Sequence record: SRR31156797_2194
Length of the DNA stretch: 45,697 nucleotides
Reading direction: 5' to 3' (one strand)
A program made the position numbers and the translations under genes. Each line of letters opens with the position of its first letter. Within the stretch, counting starts at the first letter, position 1. Under the pieces are notes generated by a model. It saw only the letters and a list, made by a program, of their open reading frames with translations. It had not been told where the DNA came from and did no database searches. This document shows, one piece after another, positions 28,580 to 38,507 of this stretch.

Positions 28580-29765
28580 TGCGCTCACCTTTTTTTCTCG
28601 CAATTGCCATATCTATCAAAATCATATCTTGATCAATTGTTCCAAGTAATTCTTTCAATTCATTATAGCTTTCCTTAAACTCAACTGTGAGAAATTTATC
28701 TCTTCTTACCAAATCTCGTAAATACTTTAATTTTTCTTCAACCTCAGGATCACGAATAGTATCTACTCCCATTAATTCTTTTAATACTACATCCACAGGT
28801 AGCCCTAGTGCTCCATCTAAATTTTCACCATCAATTATTTCAACACCATCATCACTTGATTTACTAAGTAGTTTTAATGATTCTACTTTTACTGATGAAA
28901 CAACATGTGGAGAGTGAGTTGCAATAATTATTTGATTATTTTCACCTATATTTTCATAGACTTTGACTACTCTTTGTTGCCATTTTGGGTGTAACGATAT
29001 TTCAGGCTCATCAATTAAAATAATCGAATTATTTACATTAAGCATTTTTAAAGTCATTGCTCTTACAAATAGTTGCTTTTCACCTGACGAAAGCGAGTTT
29101 ATATCGAATTCCGCACCAAATTTATTTTTAAATAGAGGAAGATTTTCTTCATCTTTTTTTACTCCAATCATTTTTATATCCAGATCTAAAATGGAGTATA
29201 TTATATTAATTTCATCACATATTTTTTTAATAGCTTGTTTAATTGGTAAATCTTCATTTTTATATATTTCACTGTTAATTTTTGTCACAAGAAATGAAGG
29301 AATATCATTAATTATATTTTGGTCAATTATATTGCTAAATTTATATTGATTTGTATAATTTCTTGTTTCGACATTCATATTAGAAAAATTAATTTCTGTA
29401 GGCATGTAAATTAATTTAATTTTTTTATTTTCTAAATCTTCATTTAATTTTTTTTGATACAATCGATTAAAAATATAATTTTTATTATAGAGTTTATCAT
29501 TGCCAAATTCTTCTTTTAACTTGTAAACCATATTTTTTATTTTAAGATCTGCTATATTTTCAAGAGTAAACTCTAAAGATGAATCATGTTGATTATTTTC
29601 ATAAGTTAAAATATCATATATCATTTTGAGTAATGTGGTTTTCCCACTCCCATTACTTCCTGCTAATACTACTGTATTTAATACCTCTCCATCTGAATTC
29701 TTAAGATTAATATCTGCATCTTTAAAAAGATGGTGATTTTTTATTCTTAATTTCGTTAATTTCAT
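28566..29765 (-). CDS. ABC-type (AAA_21-like) ATPase, PtuA-like
   Basis: Walker A GSNGSGKT, signature LSSGEKQ, Walker B ILIDEPEISLHPKWQ, IIATHSP; no TM domain; start moved to ATG 29765 behind GGAGG. Confidence 0.85.
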   Translation of the reverse strand: MKLTKLRIKNHHLFKDADINLKNSDGEVLNTVVLAGSNGSGKTTLLKMIYDILTYENNQHDSSLEFTLENIADLKIKNMVYKLKEEFGNDKLYNKNYIFNRLYQKKLNEDLENKKIKLIYMPTEINFSNMNVETRNYTNQYKFSNIIDQNIINDIPSFLVTKINSEIYKNEDLPIKQAIKKICDEINIIYSILDLDIKMIGVKKDEENLPLFKNKFGAEFDINSLSSGEKQLFVRAMTLKMLNVNNSIILIDEPEISLHPKWQQRVVKVYENIGENNQIIIATHSPHVVSSVKVESLKLLSKSSDDGVEIIDGENLDGALGLPVDVVLKELMGVDTIRDPEVEEKLKYLRDLVRRDKFLTVEFKESYNELKELLGTIDQDMILIDMAIARKKGERSAKY

Positions 29766-29792
29766 AATTATATCCTCCACCGTTATAATTAT

Positions 29793-31349
29793 TTACATTA
29801 ATTCTTGTTCCCAATATCGTTCTATCTTATTTTGTCTTATTTGGCTATATTGCTTAATTTGCTTCTTAACTATATTTGAGATATACTTTATCTTCTCTTC
29901 GTCAGCAGGATAATATATCGGTGTTTCACAAAGAGGCATTGCATATAGTTCAAGTACATCACCTTTCATTTTTCCATTATGTTGAAACCATTTATAGAAA
30001 AATTTTGAATTTAGATAACCTAAAATATAGTACAGATCAACACTAGTATTTAAGGCAGTCAAATAATAAATATCCGCACTTCCATAAAATTTACCTTTAT
30101 CAAAAGCAAAGTCATTTAGTCTATTTCGTTGTCTTCCTACTATCTTGGGTTTATTAAATATCTCTTCTGTTCTTGGCCACTGCAGTTCCCACCAATTTAT
30201 TATCTCTTTTATTACTTCTCTTCTATTTTTCAGCTTTTCAGAATAATTTGATAAATGTTCAATAAGTTCCTTACTTGGTTTCTTATTTTTATCAAGATAT
30301 AGAATCCAATACCTATTTTCTTTATTAACTTTATATTTACCAACATCTGTATTTTTATAAAACGGCTTTAAATATTGTTTTAATTCTTCATCATACTCTT
30401 TTAACACAAAAGCTTTATCACAACCACTTACGATTCCCTGATTTATTTTAAGTAAATCTTTTAACAAGTGTGTTCTTTTATTATATATTTTATCCAAAAT
30501 TTCTTGAGTATCTCTGCATGCAAGCAATATTTTATCATTATGATTATATAATTTACTGTTTTCTAAACAATATTTTGATCCATCACTTTGAACTATTTGT
30601 GCCTGCTCTTTTAGTTGTTTTGATTTTACTAAGCTAAATACAATATTATGCTGTCCTATTGCATCTTTAAATACTGATTTATTATAATCATTAATAAAAT
30701 AAAAGGAAGTATCTGTTTTTATCTTTTTTCTTAATTTAGTTGCATAGTCTGCCTTTAACCAATAATTTGTAGTTATATAAGTAAGAATACCATTTTCTTT
30801 CAGGCAATCTATCCCCTTCTCTATAAAGAAATAAAGATAGTCCATTCTACCTTCATAATATTTTTTTCCAAACTCAGTTTCTTTAATTTTAGCGAATATC
30901 TCTTTATTATTTTTTTCTCCTAAATAAGGGGGATTTCCAATAAGAATATCATATCTATTTTCTATTTTTGCAAAAAGCGAATTTTGAGAGAATAGTTTTA
31001 TTTTTTTATCTTTTAAGTTATATTTTTCGAATATCAGTTTAGCTCTGTCTTCAAATATAGTAAGAGCTTTTTTATCTATATCATAACCTTCTATCCACTC
31101 TTCTTTATAATCATAAACGCCAAAGTATATTTTATGAATTTTAATCAGGCTCTCTATTGCATCGATTAATAAATTTCCTGTTCCACATGAAATATCAGCA
31201 ATTTTTAAATTATTAAGTGCTTCTTGTTTATTTTTATTATTCTTAAAATAATATCTTAAACTAACTGCCAGCATCATTCTAGAGATATGTTCAGGCGTAT
31301 AAACTTTATAGTTAGTAGTTGTCTTCTTAAGTTCATTAATTAAAGACAT
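29793..31349 (-). CDS. gamma-class N6-adenine DNA methyltransferase (TaqI/Eco57I-like, resembles CamA)
   Basis: YTP, DISCGTGN (motif I), GNPPY (motif IV), C-terminal target-recognition region; start overlaps the murJ stop. Confidence 0.88.
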   Translation of the reverse strand: MSLINELKKTTTNYKVYTPEHISRMMLAVSLRYYFKNNKNKQEALNNLKIADISCGTGNLLIDAIESLIKIHKIYFGVYDYKEEWIEGYDIDKKALTIFEDRAKLIFEKYNLKDKKIKLFSQNSLFAKIENRYDILIGNPPYLGEKNNKEIFAKIKETEFGKKYYEGRMDYLYFFIEKGIDCLKENGILTYITTNYWLKADYATKLRKKIKTDTSFYFINDYNKSVFKDAIGQHNIVFSLVKSKQLKEQAQIVQSDGSKYCLENSKLYNHNDKILLACRDTQEILDKIYNKRTHLLKDLLKINQGIVSGCDKAFVLKEYDEELKQYLKPFYKNTDVGKYKVNKENRYWILYLDKNKKPSKELIEHLSNYSEKLKNRREVIKEIINWWELQWPRTEEIFNKPKIVGRQRNRLNDFAFDKGKFYGSADIYYLTALNTSVDLYYILGYLNSKFFYKWFQHNGKMKGDVLELYAMPLCETPIYYPADEEKIKYISNIVKKQIKQYSQIRQNKIERYWEQELM

Positions 31350-32799
31350 TTACTCCACCTCTTTTCAGAGGGTATGCCCAAATTCCTATATACACTCCGG
31401 CAAACATTAGTAATCTCAGGATTGAATTTTCAAATACAAAACTAAGTAGTAATGCTAAAATTGCACTCAAGAAAATAAAAAACAAAAACTTTATCACTTT
31501 TGCTAAATCAAGTTCTTGATATTTTTTATTAAAAACAATATAGAGCAATGTAAAATTAATACCTGAAGCAATTGCCGTAGACATCGCAAGTCCTATATGC
31601 TGGTAATACTGTATTAAAATATAATTTAATATTATGTTTGTAATTATAGAAATTATTGAGAAAATAACCGGAAATTTAGTATTTTTCATACTATAAAAGG
31701 CCCTACTCATTAGATGAACTGCTGTATAAAAATACAATCCTATGGAATAATAAAGTAAACATTCAGCAGTTATTTTAACTGATTCAGCGGTGTAATTCCC
31801 ATGTCCAAATACTATATTGATCACATCTTCTGAATAGATCATCAAAACTAACATACTTGGAATAATAAAAAATCCCAATATTTTTAATCCAGCTTCAATT
31901 TTATTTTTAAACTCTTTTTTATTTTCATTTGCTATTGCTTGGGACATATATGGATAAACTATTGTAGATAATGATATTCCAAATACTCCCAATGGTAAGT
32001 TATATATTCTCGTAGCATTTTCAAGTGCCGAAACTCCTCCACTTGGCAGATATGATGCGAAATATACATCTGCAAGGGAATTCACCTGTCTTGCAAATAT
32101 TCCTGCAAGCATTGGGATTATCATAATAAATATTTTTTTTAATGATTCATCTTTGAAATCTATAATAATTTTATATGTCTTTACTGATTGCCAAAACGAA
32201 GGTATTACTATTAAAAATTGTAATACGCCTCCTACAATTACCCCAAAAGCTAAGGCATAGATTCCATATTTATTTGAAAATATTAAAGCTCCAAGTATAA
32301 TTGAAATATTAAAAAACAGTGAAGTACTTGCCGGGATTGCAAATTTTTTGAAATTATTAAGTATTGCGCAGATCATTCCTGACAGGCCTATAAATAAAAT
32401 ATAAACTGCCATTATTTTTAATAATCTACCTGCTAATAATTGTGTTTTTGCATCATATCCTCGTGCTGCAAAACTCATAATTTGATTAGAAAATAAAAAT
32501 CCAAATGCAAATACAAAAATTAAAAAAATGAAAAGTAAATTAAGTATTGAGAAAATCAGCTTTTTACCTGCTTCATCTCCCTCCTCTTTTACTTTTTCAT
32601 TATAAATAGGAATAAATACTGTTCCCAGAGCACCTTCGCCTAATAACTGCCTAAATAAATTTGCTATTTTAAATGCAGAAAAATAAGCGTCTGTTAAAAA
32701 AGACGCTCCAAATAAATTTGCAATTATTGTTGCTCTTCCAAGTCCCAATACTCTACTAAGCATTGTTATAGCCATTACAATCATTCCGCTTTTAAACAT
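31336..32799 (-). CDS. murJ: lipid II flippase MurJ (MviN)
   Basis: SRVLGLGR, DAYFSAFKIANLFRQLLGEGAL, LPLGVFG, RAFYS; about 14 TM. Confidence 0.95.
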   Translation of the reverse strand: MFKSGMIVMAITMLSRVLGLGRATIIANLFGASFLTDAYFSAFKIANLFRQLLGEGALGTVFIPIYNEKVKEEGDEAGKKLIFSILNLLFIFLIFVFAFGFLFSNQIMSFAARGYDAKTQLLAGRLLKIMAVYILFIGLSGMICAILNNFKKFAIPASTSLFFNISIILGALIFSNKYGIYALAFGVIVGGVLQFLIVIPSFWQSVKTYKIIIDFKDESLKKIFIMIIPMLAGIFARQVNSLADVYFASYLPSGGVSALENATRIYNLPLGVFGISLSTIVYPYMSQAIANENKKEFKNKIEAGLKILGFFIIPSMLVLMIYSEDVINIVFGHGNYTAESVKITAECLLYYSIGLYFYTAVHLMSRAFYSMKNTKFPVIFSIISIITNIILNYILIQYYQHIGLAMSTAIASGINFTLLYIVFNKKYQELDLAKVIKFLFFIFLSAILALLLSFVFENSILRLLMFAGVYIGIWAYPLKRGGVNVFN

Positions 32800-33489
32800 C
32801 TACGCTACCCCGTTTACTTGTATTGTTTGTTCTGCTTCGTTTATGTAAACATCTCCGTTTCTATATAACTCTAGCACTCCTAGAAACAGATAAACTAAGT
32901 GAAGTTTACTTTTGGCACTTTCAAATATTTTTTTAATACATTGTTTCTTAACTCTAAATACTAATTCTCTAAGCGACAGCATCTCGTCTTCTAACGAATA
33001 TTGTTCATCGATGACTATTTCAAGTTCTTCAACTGTTTTAGCATCCAGAATTTTATAATATGTTTGAAATACTTTCTCAAGAGTCAATTTACTCAGATCA
33101 ATCTCTTTCGTTTCTTCATAATGCTTTTCTATTCCATTTCTTTCATAAGCAATATTGTGCTCTTTTTCCAAGAGACTAACTTTTTGACTAAGCATTTTAT
33201 ATCTATGATATTTAATAAGCCTCTGTTCCAGCTCATCTTCTTTTTCCTCTTTTTCCTCTATATTAAGTACGGCAAGCGCCTTTATCTCAAGAAGCTCAGT
33301 TGCCATTGTTAAAAACTCAACTTTTAGATTAACATCAGATTCTTGTAAACTATTTATTAAATTCAGATATGTTTCTATTAACTCCATCATATTAATTTTA
33401 CTTATCTCAAATTTATCTTTTTCAACAAGATGAAGAAGAAGTTCCAGAGGTCCTTCAAAATTTTCAATTTTAACTGTCAATTCTGTCAT
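32800..33489 (-). CDS. scpA: segregation and condensation protein A (kleisin)
   Basis: FEGPLELLLHLV, EFLTMATELLEIKA, FLGVLEL; start moved to ATG 33489. Confidence 0.9.
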   Translation of the reverse strand: MTELTVKIENFEGPLELLLHLVEKDKFEISKINMMELIETYLNLINSLQESDVNLKVEFLTMATELLEIKALAVLNIEEKEEKEDELEQRLIKYHRYKMLSQKVSLLEKEHNIAYERNGIEKHYEETKEIDLSKLTLEKVFQTYYKILDAKTVEELEIVIDEQYSLEDEMLSLRELVFRVKKQCIKKIFESAKSKLHLVYLFLGVLELYRNGDVYINEAEQTIQVNGVA

Positions 33490-33497
33490 TTTACACC

Positions 33498-34430
33498 TCA
33501 ATTATTTTTCAAATAATCTTTCCACACAATTACATCATTTTCTATTGTAGCTTTAAGTTCTTCCATCGAGTTAAATTTTCTCTCTTCACGAATGAACTTT
33601 TTAACTTTAACCAATAACTCTTTATCATATATATCCTGATCAAAATCAAGTATATGAACCTCTACGCTAAATTCACCCGGTTTAAGAGTGGGGTTGTTGC
33701 CTATATTCATAACAGCGTTATATATCTTAGCTTCACCCTCTATTGCTACTTCCACACCGTATATTCCAAGTGGCGGATATATTTTATTAAATATTCTCAA
33801 ATTAGCAGTTGGAAATCCCATCTTTCTACCCAGTTTTTTACCGTGGATTACATCTCCAATTATAATGAAAGGATAACCAAGATACTCCTCGGCTTTTTCC
33901 ATTTCACCTTTACCAATCAAACCTCTGATCAAAGTACTGCTAACTACATTATCTTCTATCTTAACAGGATTAACAACATGTACATCCATACCAAGTTGTT
34001 TTCCCATATTAACTAAAAGTTCAGGTTTCCCTGCTCTTCCTTTTCCAAATGTATAATTAAATCCAACAAAAACATGTTTTGCGTTAAGTCTGCCCTCTAT
34101 GATTTGAATAACAAACTCTTCAGCACTTAGGTTCTTAAACTCTTCGGTAAAATGAACAATTAGATGAACATCTACACCAAGCATTTTAAGAAGATGTCTT
34201 TTCTCTTTTTCATTATTTAAAAGTATCGTATTATTTTGTTTTCCAAAAATTGTTTGCGGATGTTGACTAAAAGTCATCACTACAGAAGTACCATTCATTT
34301 CACGGGCTTTTTCTACAGCACTTTTTATCAACTTCTTGTGCCCTTGATGTATTCCATCAAAGGTTCCAAGCGCCAAACAAATATTATTATAATTCTTAGT
34401 TAAGTTTTCCAGTCCAACTATTACTTCCAT
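33498..34430 (-). CDS. ribF: bifunctional riboflavin kinase / FAD synthetase
   Basis: GTFDGIHQGH, VSSTLIR, GRKMGFPTAN, NIGNNPT, EVHILDF. Confidence 0.95.
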   Translation of the reverse strand: MEVIVGLENLTKNYNNICLALGTFDGIHQGHKKLIKSAVEKAREMNGTSVVMTFSQHPQTIFGKQNNTILLNNEKEKRHLLKMLGVDVHLIVHFTEEFKNLSAEEFVIQIIEGRLNAKHVFVGFNYTFGKGRAGKPELLVNMGKQLGMDVHVVNPVKIEDNVVSSTLIRGLIGKGEMEKAEEYLGYPFIIIGDVIHGKKLGRKMGFPTANLRIFNKIYPPLGIYGVEVAIEGEAKIYNAVMNIGNNPTLKPGEFSVEVHILDFDQDIYDKELLVKVKKFIREERKFNSMEELKATIENDVIVWKDYLKNN

Positions 34431-34462
34431 ACCCACTTCTCCTCACTAAGGATTCTACCAGA

Positions 34463-34507
34463 GGCTGAGCGAAATTATTATTTAAAAAATAATTTTTTCG
34501 CTCAGCC
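34463..34507. other. intercistronic hairpin between whiA and ribF
   Basis: GGCTGAGCGAAA...TTTCGCTCAGCC inverted repeat; no U-tract on the coding strand. Confidence 0.55.
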
Positions 34508-34537
34508 AATATTTTTCTCTTTTATTAATTTATTATT

Positions 34538-35473
34538 TTATCCTTCAAAATCTTCGTCTTTTAGCTCAGCATGTAATTTCTCAAGTCTTCTAAATCTGTT
34601 TCTGATTCCTGATTTAGATATCCCTGCTATTACAGCTACTTCAGTAAGACTACTTTCAGGGTTCTCCAGCCTTATCTTTGCTGCTTCCTGCAGCACTTCA
34701 CTTAGATTCCCAAGACCATATTCATCATCTATAAATTCTATCATCCTAATCTGCTTTTGAGCAGTATCAAGTGTTTTCGTTTCATTTGCAACTTCCCAGT
34801 TCATTTCCCTGATAGTTCTGTTTTTCAGATCTTTCATCATGGTAACTTCTTCATATTCAAAGAACATTCTCATTGCACCGACAAGCACCATTATATCCAT
34901 TATATCTTCAGAATTCCTTAAATAAACTAAATTCTTATTTCTCTTATGAGTAATAAATACTCTTTTATCTCTTTTCTTTAACACATCATATAATACTCTT
35001 GCTGCTTCTTCACAATCAATAAAGAAATCCAGAGCATACTCCTTTTGTGGCTCTTTAATATAACCTGTCGCAAGAAATAATCCTCTAATATATCCAGCAA
35101 TATCTGCATCTCTTAATTCTTCTTCTGTTTGAATCACCGGAAGTTCAGCATTTATATGATCAAAAGCATTTTTTTGTAGTCTGGCTACATACTCTCTAAA
35201 TCCTCTTTGCAAAGGAATTAAGACAGTATAAACTCTATGCTCTCCAAAATTTTTACTAATTGAATATTTTGTAGAGATTATTAAATCAGTATCTTCGGAT
35301 AAAATTTTATAAAATCTCTTCGCAAGAGACATATTTTCTAATTTTAACTCTATTCTATTATCATAAATCGCATTCTTTGATTTTAAAATTGCATATATCT
35401 CTAATTCTCTGTCGAATTCTTCAGAGGGGTCATTTAAAAGAATTTCTTCTTTTACACGATTAGTATATGACAT
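34538..35473 (-). CDS. whiA: DNA-binding protein WhiA
   Basis: YIRGLFLATG LAGLIDADG-like segment, NWEVANETKT, RLENPESSL, ISKSGIRNR. Confidence 0.92.
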   Translation of the reverse strand: MSYTNRVKEEILLNDPSEEFDRELEIYAILKSKNAIYDNRIELKLENMSLAKRFYKILSEDTDLIISTKYSISKNFGEHRVYTVLIPLQRGFREYVARLQKNAFDHINAELPVIQTEEELRDADIAGYIRGLFLATGYIKEPQKEYALDFFIDCEEAARVLYDVLKKRDKRVFITHKRNKNLVYLRNSEDIMDIMVLVGAMRMFFEYEEVTMMKDLKNRTIREMNWEVANETKTLDTAQKQIRMIEFIDDEYGLGNLSEVLQEAAKIRLENPESSLTEVAVIAGISKSGIRNRFRRLEKLHAELKDEDFEG

Positions 35474-35501
35474 CGCAAGTTTCAACCTCCCTTAAAATAA
35501 T

Positions 35502-38288
35502 TTATTTTGCTTCACTCCAATTTTTACCTGAAGCAATATTAACTTCTAATTTTACATTTTTAAGATCAATAGTATTCTCCATGATATCTTTAATCATTTT
35601 ACTATACTCTTCAACTTTCTCATCTTTAACTTCAAATATAAGTTCATCGTGAACCTGTAAGTTCATAGTAATATCTTCTTTATCTTTCAATTCTTTATGA
35701 AGTTTAACCATTACTACTTTCAAAATATCAGCTGCACTTCCCTGTATAACCGTATTTACAGCCATTCTGATTGCTTGATTCTTAAGATTTTTATTTTTAC
35801 TGTGAATTCCTTCTATTGTTCTTTTTCTTTTGAACATAGTTCTTACGAAACCATATTCCTCAGCACTAGCAACTATCTCTGCTTCAAAAGGTCTAACAGA
35901 TTTATATTGATCGAAATATTTTTCGATATATTCTTCCGCTTCTTTTCTGGTAATTTTAAGTTCTCCGGCAAGTCCAAATGCAGTTTTACCGTAGATAATA
36001 CTAAAATTTACTATTTTTGCCATTGTTCTCTGAGGAATAGTTACTGTATCTTCTTCAGAAAGTTCAAATAGTTTTCTTGCAGTTAAATCATGCAGGTCTA
36101 AACCATTTTTGTAAGCATTTACTAAAGCTTCATCTTCACTTAACTCAGCTAAAACTCTTAATTCTATTTGTGAGTAATCAAGTGAAAGAATAGAGTAACC
36201 ATCTTTTGCAACAAAACCTTCTCTGATTTTTCTACCTTCTTCTGTTTTCGCAGGAATGTTTTGCAGATTAGGATTAGTTGATGATAATCTTCCTGTTGCA
36301 GCTCCCGTTTGATTAAAGCTGGTATGTAATCTGCCAACTCCGTCAGTTAACTTTGGTAATGCTTCAACATAAGTATTTTGAAGTTTAGATAATTTTCTAA
36401 ATTCAAGTATATATTCAGCTATTTTCTCTCCTCTGTCTTTAAGAGTTTCAAGCACTTCAACATTTGTAGAAAAACCTGTTTTAGTTTTCTTAACAGGAGT
36501 AATATTCATTTTCATAAACAATATTTCTGATAATTGTTTTGGTGATGCGATATTAAACTCTTCACCTGCTAAATTATAAATTTCTGATTTTAGGCCCTCT
36601 ATTTTTTCTAGTAGTTCAGCATTATATTTAGCAAAGAAATCTTTATCTATTTTGATTCCAACTCTTTCCATTCCGCTAAGAACCTTAATTAGTGGTTGCT
36701 CAAGTTCAAACAATAATTCATGAAGTTCAGCTGTATCAATCTCTTTAGAAAGGTTAAAATATATTTCATCTAACATTTCTGTTCTTTTAGCATAAAATTC
36801 TGCTAATTCCTCTATCATTACACTTTCCGGTTGAGCCTTACCAAACTTATCTTTGAAAGTCTCAAAAGTTTCGCCGGTTTCAGTAAATAACATATGATCT
36901 AAATCTTCTTTTGTATTTGAATAAAGAAGATAATAAGCAATCATCGTATCAAAATAAAAATTCTGAACTTCAAAGTCTTCATTTAGGATGTTTTTTAATT
37001 TATATGTAATTAATTTTTTATCTGCGTTAAGTATTTTTTGAATTGCCTGTTTCGATAAATTTACAGCACCTAAATAGTTATGTCTATAAGGCATATATGC
37101 TGTTTTGTTATCAGTTAATACCGTAAAACCAGCTCCGTTAAAGTAAACTATTACTTCTTCGCTTAACTCTTTAAGAAGTTCATCAACTTCAGCATCAGTT
37201 TTTATTATAATCTGTTCTCTATTTTTCCTCTTGAATCCTTCCTCTGATTCATCTTCAGAATTCATGTTTTCAGTACCAAATAGATCTTCAATAATTTCAG
37301 ATTCTTCCTCTTTTTCTTCAACTTCACCGAAAGTTTGATTAAAAAGAGTCATTGCAGGAGCAGCTGATTCATTCTTTTTAGCTTTACTAGTTCCTATTTT
37401 ATCTAATCCAAACTTTGATATAAATGATTTAAAATTAAGCCTTTGACTGATATCTTTTAGTTTAGCTTTATCCATCCCTTTATATTCAAGTTCACTTATA
37501 TTGATTTCTATATCTATTTCAGTTTCTATCGTAGCAAGTTCTCTGCTTAAAAATGCTAAGTCCTTATCTTCCACTATATTATTTACTAAGGATTTTCCAA
37601 CACCTTTGAATTCAATCAGGCTATCTACATTTTCATATATTCCCTCTAAATCTCCATATTTATCAAGCATTGGTACAGCTTTTTTCTCTCCAACTTTTCT
37701 AACTCCCGGAATTCCATCACTAGAATCTCCGATTAGTCCAAATAAATCCGGAATAAGAGTTGGTTTAACACCAAGATATTCTATTACGTCAGCCTCTGTT
37801 GTTAGATATTTAAGTCTACTTTTCCCTTCACCTTTTCCAAGTAAGCAGATATTTATATTATCATCAAGAAGTTGCGCTAAATCTTTATCTCCTGTTATTA
37901 TATAAACTTCTATTCCTTCTTTTCCGAGTTTTTTAGCCAAGGTTCCCATAACGTCATCGGCTTCATACCCTTCCACTTTAAATCTATCAATATTCAGAGC
38001 ATCGATCATGTTATCTATCTCTTCAAGCTGTCCGGCTAAATCTTCCGGCATAGGTTTTCTATTCGCTTTATATTTTTCAAATTTCTCTGTTCTTTTAAGA
38101 GTTGATCTCTTAACATCAAACGCTGCCATTACAAAGTCAGGATTTATTTCTTCTATAACAGTTGTAATTGTATTTGCAAGTCCGTAAACTGCCCCTGTAG
38201 GTTTTCCCTCTCTATTTCTCATATTCATAAGTGAATAGAAAGCTCTGTACATAATTGCACTCGTATCTAGTATTACCGCTTTTTTCAT
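35502..38288 (-). CDS. polA: DNA polymerase I
   Basis: YRAFY, EADD, GDSSDGIPGV (5' nuclease); TGRLSSTNPNLQNIP, DYSQIELR, QVHDEL (polymerase). Confidence 0.97.
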   Translation of the reverse strand: MKKAVILDTSAIMYRAFYSLMNMRNREGKPTGAVYGLANTITTVIEEINPDFVMAAFDVKRSTLKRTEKFEKYKANRKPMPEDLAGQLEEIDNMIDALNIDRFKVEGYEADDVMGTLAKKLGKEGIEVYIITGDKDLAQLLDDNINICLLGKGEGKSRLKYLTTEADVIEYLGVKPTLIPDLFGLIGDSSDGIPGVRKVGEKKAVPMLDKYGDLEGIYENVDSLIEFKGVGKSLVNNIVEDKDLAFLSRELATIETEIDIEINISELEYKGMDKAKLKDISQRLNFKSFISKFGLDKIGTSKAKKNESAAPAMTLFNQTFGEVEEKEEESEIIEDLFGTENMNSEDESEEGFKRKNREQIIIKTDAEVDELLKELSEEVIVYFNGAGFTVLTDNKTAYMPYRHNYLGAVNLSKQAIQKILNADKKLITYKLKNILNEDFEVQNFYFDTMIAYYLLYSNTKEDLDHMLFTETGETFETFKDKFGKAQPESVMIEELAEFYAKRTEMLDEIYFNLSKEIDTAELHELLFELEQPLIKVLSGMERVGIKIDKDFFAKYNAELLEKIEGLKSEIYNLAGEEFNIASPKQLSEILFMKMNITPVKKTKTGFSTNVEVLETLKDRGEKIAEYILEFRKLSKLQNTYVEALPKLTDGVGRLHTSFNQTGAATGRLSSTNPNLQNIPAKTEEGRKIREGFVAKDGYSILSLDYSQIELRVLAELSEDEALVNAYKNGLDLHDLTARKLFELSEEDTVTIPQRTMAKIVNFSIIYGKTAFGLAGELKITRKEAEEYIEKYFDQYKSVRPFEAEIVASAEEYGFVRTMFKRKRTIEGIHSKNKNLKNQAIRMAVNTVIQGSAADILKVVMVKLHKELKDKEDITMNLQVHDELIFEVKDEKVEEYSKMIKDIMENTIDLKNVKLEVNIASGKNWSEAK

Positions 38289-38407
38289 CTCTTCTAACCT
38301 CCTACAGTTTTTTAGCCAAAATAAATCGGCTTAAATTATTAATTGAATCTATAACATAAATTTTCATAGTTTTTCATAATATTATATCACAAAATTACCT
38401 GTAGCAT

Positions 38408-38465
38408 AAAAAAAGTCTTAGGTTTCTCAGAAATTTCTTATGAAACCTAAGTACTTTATTTTTTT
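38408..38465. terminator. intrinsic terminator upstream of polA
   Basis: AAAGT-CTTAGGTTTC...GAAACCTAAG-TACTTT stem with A/T runs on both sides. Confidence 0.65.
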
Positions 38466-38507
38466 ATCTATTAATTTATAGTTAACTATAATTATTGAGG
38501 AATATTT

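Noticed and set aside
27934-29792. Type I-A retron
   Set aside because: No reverse transcriptase in the window and flanking gaps of 27-40 nt cannot hold an msr-msd RNA.
27934-31349. Mobile element boundaries around the MTase/ATPase/HNH genes
   Set aside because: No integrase or transposase, and no convincing direct or terminal repeats beyond short AT-rich matches.
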